Shown here: one piece after another, positions 50,831 through 61,532 of the stretch | How positions within the stretch are numbered: position 1 is the stretch's first letter | How the letters are laid out: each line of letters starts with the position of its first letter | Assembly: GCA_043228905.1 (NCBI GenBank) | Contig: JBHGNT010000010.1 | Location: 11,036,001 to 11,100,000 of the forward strand | DNA: 64,000 bases | From: Azolla caroliniana | Lineage: Eukaryota > Plantae > Polypodiophyta | Direction: 5' to 3' | The notes under the pieces: model-generated | Seen by the model: only the letters and a program-made list of their open reading frames with translations | Told to the model about the DNA's origin: nothing | The model's database searches: none | Made by a program: the position numbers and the translations under genes

Positions 50831-53800
50831 GGGGGAGATAGTGTCATGATATGGCAAGACTCGAACCCATGACCTTATGGTATATGGGTCGAGCTCTTAA
50901 CCATCACACCATCTATTGTAATTCATAGGATATTATTTTCATTTATGTTTTATTATAAGAAAGTAATGTATATTCCAGATTTCTCTGGAACATTCTAGAA
51001 GTTTCAGGATTACTCCTGACAACACTATAAAAGAAGGCACTAGGCATTATGTTGAACCAAATTGGTTCAACGCCAGTCTTAACCCTCTCAGCCGCTTTGT
51101 ACTTATCTTTTCACATAATATATTAGCTGCTGTCATCATCTTTCTCTCTCTCTCATCCTCGCTATCTCTCTCTCTCACTCTCTCCTCTTCTCACTTCCTC
51201 TCTTGGGAATCTTACGCAGTCTCGTCCTCTTAGTACTAATAGTACTGCTCTTCTTAGTACTAATTCCATCTCTGCTTTAGTACTATTCCTGACATCGGCT
51301 GCTTCTTACTACTCCATGCGATCGCCGCACTTCCTAATGAGAAGGCGTATCCGGACGTGGATCTACGATCGTGGGCATTTCCGGCCCAATCGGCATCCCT
51401 GTAGCCAACCAATTGTTCGGTTACACCTGCCCGATACAACAACGCCATGTCTTTCGTGCCGCTGACATATCGCAATATCCGTTGCACGCACTGAAAGTGT
51501 TTGGCCATAGGCTATGACATGAATTGACTGATCAGGCCGACTAAATAACTGAGATCCAACTGAGTAATCGTCAAATAGATAAGGCTTCCAACAATTTTTC
51601 GGAACCGTGTCGGGTCGCACACCTTTCCCGAATCTAGGCGAAGCTTCACGTTTCTATCCAAAGGGGTTGAGATGGGCTTACAATCAGTCTGTTATCCCGA
51701 ACTTGAAGAGCATATTCAACCCGCAATGACGCTGGCTGATCAATATGCTCTCGAGGGTGCGGATCACTTCGATCCTGAGGAAGTAATGAAGGTCTCCAAG
51801 ATTCTTCATGTCAAATGATGCCGCAAGTTGAGACTTTACACGATGGATTTCTTCCAAGTCGGCACCGGCGATGACTAAATCATCAACATAAAGGAAAAGA
51901 CTTACCGGTCCATATTGACCTTGCCGAACAAATAGAGAAGAGTCTGATTTCGACATTGTAAACCCCATCCTACGCAGTTGATGAGTAATCTTCGCGTTCA
52001 TGGCTCGCGGGGCTTGCTTAAGTCTATAGAGTGACTTCTTCAGTCGGCAAACTGCCGAGGTGTTTTGTTCGGATAGAAATCCGGGGGGCTGTACCATGTA
52101 CTTGTTCCTCAAGATCACCTTGTAGGAACGTGTTCTTTACATCCATCTGATGTAAGTGCCACCCCCTTGCCGCAACTACGGCTAGCAGAACACGCACGGT
52201 AGTCATCTTCACGATAGGCGCGAAAGTCTCGTCGTAGTCCACGCCGTGCTTCTGCGCGTAGCCTTTCGCAACTAAACGAACCTTGTATCGATTGATAGAG
52301 CCGTTGGTGTTGTATTTCACTTTATACACCCACCTGCATCCGATCGGCTTAACACCCTTCGGTGCATCAACCAGGTCCCAAGTCTTATTGTCCGTTAAAG
52401 CACGCATCTCTTCCCCCATCGCAGCACGCCAATTTGCGTCTTTCGCCGCTTCTGCGTAGCTCTCTGGCTCACACACTTTCGCCACTTGCGTCATGTACGC
52501 ATAATGATGCGCCATGTACTCATTATACCCATACCTCTTTATGGGGTTCTTCTGGTGGGTAGATCGGCATAATTCAGAATTACCTGATTTTACAGCTTTT
52601 TCAGCTGATTTTGATCTCTTCCGTAGAGGTTCCTTTTCAGTTTGCCCGTAGTCAGACTCGCTCTGATCTGACTCGGCATTGTCGAAATAATACTCCGACA
52701 TCCTTTTCTTCCCTTTCTCCTTGCGCATAAACCGTCTCCTCGGTTTTTTACGTGGGGACATCCCGACTGAGTCTTCACTACTCGCGGTCTCTTCATTTGG
52801 TTGGCCATTTCGGTCCAACCCCTCATTCGGCCCACTCAGCCGAAATGAGATCAGACTCTCTCTCAGAGCTCCGATGTCCTCATCATGCAGAGGCATCTTA
52901 GCCTTGCTGACTTCTTCTTCAGAATTTGGAATGGAGTCATGAGGTACTGGAGGGGAACACGACATCTTGACTTACGTGTAATTCCTTTGTTCAGGGGTGA
53001 TAATAGTTATACCCCTTCTGCTCGTCTGGATAGCCAACTAAGATGTACTTTTCGGCTTTGGCGTCCAGATTCCTCCTCTTTTCCTTCAGCACATGCACAT
53101 ATGCAATGCTACCGAAAATCCTCAAGTGTGCCAGGAAGCGGACTTGTCGAACTCGACATCTCGACTTACGCGTACTTCCTTTGTTCGGGGGTGATAACAC
53201 TTATACCCCTTCTGCTCGTCTAGATAACCAACTAAGATGTACTTTTCGGCTTTGGCATCCAACTTCCTCCTCTTTTCCTTCGGCACATGCACATATGCAA
53301 TGCTACCGAAAATCCTCAAGTGTGCCAAGTTCGGCTTCTTCCTGAAATACAACTCATGTGGCGACACTCCATTGGGGAATGGAAGTCGGTGTTGTTTTCC
53401 CATCTAGCAGAATTCGCAGACTTGGCTATTCCGGCCTCGAAATTTCGGCAAGCCGAACACAATGTTCTTCGTCTGCATTTCACGAAGCCGCGGGAAGTTA
53501 ATATGGCTGAACCGCTTATGCCACAGGTCGATGTACGACTCGACCTTCTGCCCTTTCGCAAACATAGCGGTGCCCACATTGTTGGTTTCGAGGATAAACA
53601 TCCTCCGTTCACGGCACCCTTGCGCAATTACCTTGCCTTCCTCTTCTATGAAGTAGCCTAGATGCGTGAATCGAACTTGCATCCCTTGGTCGACGATCTG
53701 TCCGACCGACACCAGGTTCTTCATTATTGTCGGGACGTGCAACACGTTCATGAGCTTCCCTTTCTGCCCGATGTGGATGAGGGGAACTTCACCAACATGT

Positions 53801-54864
53801 TCGATGGTATGCGGAGTGTCGTCTCCGGTTTCGACCACTCCTTGCTTTTCCGGCTTCTCCAAGTACGAGAACCATTCCTCGTGACTCGTCATATGATTTG
53901 ACGCTCCAGAATTAACATACCACACCTCGCCGATTTCGAGGAGTTCACAACCATTGAATTGGCCTTGTGCTTCATTACGAAGGCGGGGCCCGATCCATTT
54001 CTGGCTCGTTCGGAGCCCTCAGCGTAGTGCGACTTTTGACGCCTTCCTGCGTCTCTTCCACTCGATCCGGCTTTGTCTGAATCAAATTGTTTCTTCCAGC
54101 ACTCGCCCTCCTTGTGGCCTTTCTTTCCACAATACCAGCATTCCGTTGCGGCCTTATCTTGCCGGCTTCCGGCGCCACTATGACTCCCCCTGCTTTTGGA
54201 GGGTTCGGAATTGCTTCCGGCATTTCGATTATGCCGTCCATTCTGCTCTTTTTGGCCACCTCCATTATGCGCCGATCCACCTCATCCACCATGACCATGG
54301 GGCCTATCTTCCTTTGTGTATAGCATCTTGCCATTGGTGGTGTGCATACTGATCGACGCACCCACGTGGTTTTCCTCCACAAGCAACATTGACTGAAGCT
54401 CGGAGAACGTAGGCGTATTCTCCCTCGTATAGACTGCCGTTCGGAACGCTCCGAACTTTGACGCTAACCCACCAAGACAAACCTGCACCATCTCATCTTC
54501 CTCGATATTCACGTTGATGGAGGCGAGAGAGTCGCAAATTTCTTTGATCTTGGAGGTGTAATCAACCACTGACATATCTCGTTGTCGAACATTGCTCAAC
54601 TCTTGCTTGAGGTGAAGCGGCGAAAATATTCTTCAGATTTGCCCATGTGTCCTTTGGCATCTTGGCATCCCGAATATGGCTCAATAGCTGGTCGCTCACA
54701 TAGGACGCAAAGCAGTAGAGAACTCTGCTTGCCGCCTGTTCCCAAGACGAAAAATTCCTGTGTGTCGATTCGGGTGCTGTATCATTATCTCCTTCAACAT
54801 AAATCCAGTAGCCATGACCAAGCAGGTACTGGTGCATCTTGTACGACCAAGATGCGTAGTTGCT

Positions 54865-54890
54865 CCTGTATCTTCGCCAACCGACAGCTT

Positions 54891-54930
<40 letters not shown>

Positions 54931-55183
54931 TACAACTATGATACAACTAACAACAACTACCTAACATTACAAAGTGATTACCCTAAGTCATATTTAAACT
55001 TATATGACTTAAAGACTATTTACAAATTTAGCCTTTATAGGCACACCAGAAATATATTTGCAGATATGTCCCTGGATCTGGTTCACACCGAATCCATCCG
55101 AATATCTTCCGGTCCGGTTCCTTCCATCGGCTCGTCCATTCCAGCTCCTTCGGATCTCATCTAGAGGGACCGAATTCCCAACA
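54865..55183 (-). mobile_element. Truncated LTR of a C-related copia subfamily
   Basis: CCTAAGTCATATTT..ATATGACTT and GAGGGACC..CCCAACA are shared with C LTRs. Confidence 0.7.
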
Positions 55184-55512
55184 GGCAGGAAGAATTCTGA
55201 TTCTACTACGATAATCAGAGTGCCATCCACCTTGCGAAAAATGCCGCCTACCACTCGAGGAGCAAACACATCTAGAGGAAATACCATTGGCTCTGAGAGC
55301 GAGTAGAAGAGAAGGAGTTTGCTTTGATGAAGGTTCACACGACCAAGAATGGATTGGACATCCTAATGAAGGTGTTGTCAACCGAAAAGCTGAACGCGTG
55401 TTGACAGAGGGTCGGACTGGTGAAGTACCCCATGCCGGAGTGAAGGGGGAGTTTGTTGGAAAACAGGTCCCTCTGGATAGGAAGAGAGAAGAGCAGAGTT
55501 GAAGAGCCGGAT
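55184..55512 (+). mobile_element. C-family RNase H end, PPT and LTR start
   Basis: SAIHLAKNAAYHSRSKHI, then GTGAAGGGGGAGTT followed by TGTTGG at 55454. Confidence 0.8.
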
Positions 55513-57021
55513 CCCATCCGGAGAGACCGATGTCGTGCCAGTTTCCCAACAATCTCCCCCTTCACTCCGGCATGGGATGTCTTGTCAATCCGATCCGTTT
55601 TCGACACTTGTCCAACTTTCGGTTGACAGTACCTTGGTCAGCATATCCGATCTGTTTTCTTCCGTGTGGATCTTTACCAACGCAAAGTTTTTCTCTTCTA
55701 CTCTCTCTCCCGGAGCTAGCACTTGGTATCTACATTGGATTTGCTTCCTCTTGGAGTGGTAAGCCACGTTCTTTGCGAGGTGGATGACATTTTGACTGTC
55801 GCCGTGGAGCCCGTATTCCTCCTGTCGGATCCCCAACTCTCCGATGAAATCCTTCATCCAGACTATCTCCTTGTTGGCTTCCATGACTGCCATGTACTCT
55901 GCTTCCGTTGTCGACAGTGCAACGGACTCTTGCAATCTCAACTGCCACGATACGACTCCCCCTGCATAGGCCATAACATATCCGGACGCGGACCGGCTGG
56001 TATCCCCAATCCATAAACTATTATCATCGGATTTGTTGACATGTATGAATATGTAAAGCCTTCCAATAGGGGTTTACCGGAGCTGAACCGGAGGCATATG
56101 TTCGAGGTGCCTTTCAAGTACCGGAGTATTCACTTGACCGTGATCCAGTGTTCTCTTCTCAGATTGCTCATAAACCGGCTGCCCACCCCAACTGCATATC
56201 CAATATCCGGCCGGGTACACACCATTGTGTACATTAAGCTTCCGACAGCAGAGGCATATGGTATCTTCATCATCTCCGACTTCTCTGCCTTGGTCTTCGG
56301 GCTTTGTTTCCCGGAAAGCTTGCAATTTTCTAAGAGTGTCGATCCAACCGGCTTTGCCTCTGACATGTTGAACCTTTGAAGCACCTTTGTCACGTATTTC
56401 TCCTGTGACAGCCACAACAGTTTCTTCATCCGGTCCCGGATTATATGCATTCCCAATATCTAACTCGCCGGACCCAACTCTTTCATTGAGAAGGTTCGGT
56501 TCAGGGCCTTCTTCAGATTCCCAATTTTGATCTAGTCTAGTCCAACGATCAGCATGCCATCCACATATAGCAGGAACATCAGGAAGTTGCCTCCGTCGAA
56601 ATTCTTCACAAACAGGCAGTGGTCGGTCTACATCTTGTGGTATCCTTGGTCGGTCATGAAGGAGTCGAACTTCTGGTACCATGTCCGGGGAGCTTGCTTC
56701 AATCCATATAAACTCTTCTTCAACTAGCACAATAGGTGCCCCTTCCCTTTCTTGACGAACCGGGGACGAACCCTTTCGCCTATTGCATGTAGATCTCTTC
56801 TTTGAGATCGCCATGTAGGAATGCCATCTTGACGTCTAGTTGCTCTACCTCGAGGTCCATGCTTGCCGCAATGCTCAACACAATCCGGATAGATGTCATC
56901 TTGACTACCGGGGCAAAGATCTCATCGAAATCCAGTCCTTTCTTCTGCAGGAAGCCCTTCACCACGATGCGGGTTTTGTACCTCGGTGGATTTCCGGGAT
57001 CTCCTGGTTTCAACTTGTACA
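55513..57021 (-). mobile_element. C-family copia 3' part (RT, RNase H, PPT, LTR start), degenerate
   Basis: YKLKPGDPGNPPRYK, QLDVKMAFLHG, PYASAVGSLMY, STTEAEY. Confidence 0.88.
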
Positions 57022-58525
57022 TGTCACGGACGGGTGGAATGAGGCTAAGTACTAAGAGAGAGCAAGAGCATAAGCAAGATCACAAGATTGTCAAGGACAA
57101 GTAGACGAGGCTCAATATTAAGAGATGGCGGGAGAGAGAGCATAGACAAGAGAACAAGCAAGAGAGAGGATAAACAAATAAACAAGAACTGTATATGCTT
57201 TCGTAACTGGTGTTGTTCACCTTGATTGTAATCAAGGTGCACCCCAGTATTTATACAAGAATGTGGAGGTATGCATGAAAGCTAGAAGACTTGTAGAGAG
57301 TGCATGGAAACTTGTAGAGAGTGCATGAAGATGCATGCTGTAGAAGGTTCTTGAAAGTTCTAGTGATCAATCTATAATGAAATAAGTTGAGTCGTACACA
57401 ATATAATAATACATAGATGGATGTAGCTCAATTGGTAAGGTTGCCCAATAAGAACAAAAGGTCATGGGTTCAACCCCCACCATTCCATGTGGCATCCTGT
57501 CTATGACATTATCCTCCCTCTAAGGCCACCTCTTTGGACCCGCGACTAGTTTTTGTGGATAACGTTCATGAAATGCTCGAACTATGTCCGGGGCATGTTT
57601 GAGATGATGTGTTGGCTCCCATGTTGCTTCGGAGATCGGGTACCCTTTCCAGAGGACAAGGTATTGATGTTGACGACGGAAGAGACGAGAGTCGAGAATT
57701 TGGTCGACCTCATATTCTTCTCCAGTTGAGAGCTGGATTGGTGGTGGAGGAGATGGGTGTCGACTGGGGATTTCAGATATATGGTGAGGTTCTAGAAAGG
57801 AGACGTGGAATACATTATGAATACGAAAGTGGGATGGTAGATCTAAGTGGACAACCATGGAACCAATTTTCTCAATGATTCGGAAAGGGCCTAAATTCTT
57901 GTAATCAAGCTTCGGACAAGGATGAGTGGTGGCAATATTGTGACGGAGAAGCCAAAGAAAGTCTCCTACCTCGAACTGGGGAGCATCGAAGCGATGACGG
58001 TCAGCTTTCTCCTTGTAGCATTCGCCAGTGAGGGTGAGCTTCAAGGAAAGATCGCGATGTACATCTTCCAAGAGACATGCTCGGTCCTCCGCAGAAGGAT
58101 TGACAGAGTCAGAGGGAAGCGAAATGTTGAAGCGGGGGTGGAGACCGTAGTTGACGAAAAATGGAGTAACTCCTGTAGATGCATGCAGAGAGTTGTTGTA
58201 GGCGAACTCGGCAAGTGGGAGAAGGTCAACCCAATTGTCTTGTTGGTGACTAAGAGAGCACCACAAGTATTGTTCCAAGATTTGATTAACTTGCTCCATT
58301 TGTCCATTGGTTTGCGGATGATAAGCGGAAGATAGATTCATAGTACAACTGAAGATTTGCAAAAGGCACCGCCAGAAATTGGAAACAAATTATGGTCCTC
58401 AATCAGAAGTGATATTGTTCGGGAGACCATGTAGTCAAACCACATTTTTGAAAAACAAATTGGCCGTTTCCTTTCCAATAATGGTTTTGGCATATGGAGC
58501 AAAATCAGTCATCTTGGTGAAACGA
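57022..58525 (-). mobile_element. Second chromovirus, 3' part (integrase, chromodomain, PPT 57509-57521, 3' LTR 57022-57508)
   Basis: HPQTNGQ, LPLAEFAYNN, GPFRI, IHNVFHVS, EYEVDQILDSR..YLVLWKGY..TWEP. Confidence 0.92.
57418..57488 (+). ncRNA. tRNA-like cassette near the LTR 5' end, antisense to the element
   Basis: TGGATG-TAGCTCAATTGGTAAGG...AGGTC-ATGGG-TTCAACC-CCCAC-CATTCCA: A box, B box, T stem and near-complementary acceptor arms. Confidence 0.65.
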
Positions 58526-58992
58526 TGTCGTGAAGATCCGTCACTACGTGCGGATCGTAAGGCAGAACCGCCGGGGTTCTGGACCGGAAGGATTCGAAGT
58601 TGCACTAGCTTTAGCGAGAAAGGAATTAAGATAGATTGGAAGAGAAAGAGATTGAGATAAGATAGAACGCTTGATTTTACATTGAGAAAGAGCTTAAGAT
58701 TGGATCCTTGACTTTAGGTTTAAGAAACAAGATACACCATCAATTGGAGAACGAATCTTCTTCTTCTTACATTCTTGAATCATACATAACATCTTTTTAT
58801 CTTTTTCATCCATCCTTTTATAGATGCTCCCATGCATATGATGCATGCGGGTACAAGACATGCATACAATGCATGGAATGCATGTGATGCATGTTTGCCA
58901 TTTGGCGCTCATGCATCACATGTCACTCAATCAAGCTCTAATATGAGAATTTACATGTAAAACTATAATGATAAGAAAAACATTTCTAAGGA

Positions 58993-59070
58993 AATGTCAT
59001 AGCTTAGTGGTAAGTCTATAGACTCTCAAAGTGGAGGTGTAAGGATCAAGTCTTCACTTGAACTCCTTTT
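58993..59070 (+). ncRNA. tRNA-like Pol III cassette in LTR, antisense to the element
   Basis: A box TAGCTTAGTGG (59000-59010), B-box-like GGATCAAGTC (59043-59052), then TTTT. Confidence 0.55.
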
Positions 59071-60482
59071 GAATATACATTATATATATATATATATATA
59101 TATATGTTTAATATTAATGTATTTTTACAAGGCGTTTCTCTGTCCGGTTGTCGTTCCGTCGCCGGATGATGCCGGATGCCGGTAGGCGATCTCGCCAGCT
59201 CCATCGCCGGTCGCCGTCGCCGAATTCGTCCAAAACACATGGTTATATGCATCTGGCTACATCCATTCGTTAAGTCATATAACTTAACCTTTCTATGCTT
59301 CACACATAGAGACAAAGAGAACAACTTTTGCTTTGCATTATATATGGTGGGATCTTTATTTGTCCTGTTTATGTGGGATACATATTTTTCTCTTCTTCTT
59401 TGCAAACTTCATACCCACATAACTTGACACTTAGATGTCTATTTCCTAAGTAGTAAAGTACATTGAGAAGTTCTTCAAGACCTCCATCTTTTTTGTACCA
59501 AGATATTAAACTTATTTAAAATAGTATCTTTACTATTATTGTTTTATATTTCGTGAGAAGAACCACACTCGATTTCATATGTTCCTTACAAGTTTCACAC
59601 TATCGCTGAAAATCTTCACGACATCCACCCCCACCAAACCGCACGTCCTCGGGTACGTGCCAAGAAGAGAGACTGCAAGATTTCAGCGACAGTGATCAAT
59701 CAGATTCTTCCACGTCTTCATTCACATCTGTTCTATTACCTTCATCATCAAGGTGATCGAGGTCAGGATCCTCGTCTTGTCTTTTCTTGAAAATCTTTAC
59801 TCTTTTTCCCGCAATGGGTATGGCCAGCCTTGATCCATCTAGCTCCGCAAGGTGGTATGTTGCATTGTCGTTGGCACTTATCACTATATACGGTATGAAC
59901 CATCTTCTTGTGAACTTCCTTGTTGTACTGTGTTGATTGTCAAGGCTGTTGTCATAGACCAATACCCAATCTCTTTCTTCGATCTTCTTGGGATGCAGTT
60001 AATGCGTCTTGTCGAACTGAATTTTGGTCTTCACTCGGGCTACCTCCATCATTTTTCGTGCATGTTCTAGATCTTCAGGTCTCTTTTCAAGTTGCCTTAT
60101 CCATGCCGCTAATAATTCTTCTCGGCTCATCTTGTTCTCCCATGGTATCGCTACCCATGAGGCGATCGTCCTTTCAATAGGCAATACCGGCTTTTGTCCA
60201 TACATAAGCTCTGTTGGCATATACCTCGTCACAGAGCTGTGTGTCGTTCTGTCGGCCCACAAGGCATAGGGCAATAGTCGTGGCCAATTCCCGGCTCGAC
60301 CGTTGCATGCTCGTACGATGGCTTTGACGATAGGTCCATGCCCTCACTCGATCTTCCCATTCGCTTCTGGATTATAGGGAGTCGTGAGGGAGAGCTTCAC
60401 GCATAGTTGTTCAAAGAGCTCCATTGCTTCGTGTGCATCCAACTCCCCTCGGTCGACAACTATCTTTCCCACACATCTGTAT

Positions 60483-61309
60483 TGACGGGAACTGAACGCT
60501 CCCTCTACGCAACGCTCGGCCACAACCGAGCTTAGGATCATACACAGAAAACGGGAAATGAAAAAAACACGACACAAAGAGGAGAAGAGTACATAGGATG
60601 TTTACGTGGAAAACCCCAAACTAGGGGAAAAACCACAGCAGCCCATAGGCTGCAAACTATCGCTATGTTAGAATGTACAACAGTGAGTTCACTGAGGCAA
60701 CGACCTCGTGCTCACGATCTTTGCCACAGGCGACAGTTTCAACAGAGGCAGCGACCTCTTTCTCTCTCTCACTCTCTGTACAGTTACGCACTCACTCTAT
60801 TCTTGCACCAACAAGAATAACAACTACGACTATCTACAGTAACTAAAAGTTTGCCCTAAGTCATATTTATACTAATATGACTTTTCGGCTATTTACAAAT
60901 ATAGCCTCGATGGACTCTTAGAAACATATTTACGAATATGTCTCTACATCCGGTTCTCACCGGGTCTGCACCATCCGGCTCTCCGTAGCCGGGTACTCCT
61001 CATCCAGTCTTCATCGGGTCTGTATCATCCGGCTCTCCGTAGCCGGGTACTTCTCATCCAGTTCATACCGGGTCTACACCATCCGGCTCTCCGTAGCCGG
61101 GTACTCCTCATCCGGTCTTCACCGGGTCTGTATCATCTGGCTCTCCGTAGCCGGGTACTCCTCATCCGGTTTCATACCGGGTCTGCACCATCTGGCTCTC
61201 CGTAGCTGAGTACTCCTCATCCGGTCTTCACTGGGTCTGTATCATCCGGCTCTCCGTAGCCGGGTACTCCTCATCCAGTTTCCCATCCAGAGGGACCTGT
61301 CTCCCAACA
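60483..61309 (-). mobile_element. Solo LTR of family C (TSD TGTAT/CGTAT; six 54-bp repeats)
   Basis: Matches 47092-47858. It splits the host reading VCRY|RCVGKIV. Confidence 0.92.
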
Positions 61310-61532
61310 CGTATCGACAAACAACTTCTTCGAGTAGAAATTTGCAAACAGCCGACGTCGTTTTATTTGTCAAGGCCTGTCCTTCCACTTGATTTGTCAA
61401 GTCTTCTCTTGCTAGAGCTAAGTACTTCATTTGTCCCACTCCCATTGGCATTGAGACCAGATCCACCATTGATTTGAAGTGTATGGTGAGTGGGTATGTC
61501 GGTCGTAGCTCATCACCATGACGTTGTTGAGT

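Larger units (their letters stand above)
44810..51294 (+). mobile_element. Full-length Ty3/gypsy chromovirus, Tcn1-like (LTRs 44810-45258 and 50842-51294, TSD TCGGC)
   Basis: LTRs differ by only a handful of bases. PPT AAGGGGGAGATAG. TSD at 44805-44809 and 51295-51299. Domain order gag-PR-RT-RH-INT-chromo. Confidence 0.96.
43507..54864 (-). mobile_element. Copia element B2, 5'-truncated (3' LTR 43507-43916), host of the chromovirus
   Basis: Homologous to B1: gag 54864-53975, PR WYVNSGASNHMT, RT 52460-51530. RNase H is split at SKKQP|[11 protein letters not shown] by the insertion. PPT at 43917-43927. Confidence 0.92.
58526..61532 (-). mobile_element. Non-chromoviral Ty3/gypsy 3' part (3' LTR 58526-59624, PPT, integrase)
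   Basis: TGTCGTGAAGAT...ATCTTCACGACA ends and PPT GGTGGGGGTGGA. MVDLVSMP, AREDLTNQVEG, YNPEANGKIE, WADRTTHSSVT. Confidence 0.88.

Noticed and set aside
57418-57488. Functional tRNA gene
   Set aside because: The anticodon and D arms do not pair properly, so it is reported only as tRNA-like.
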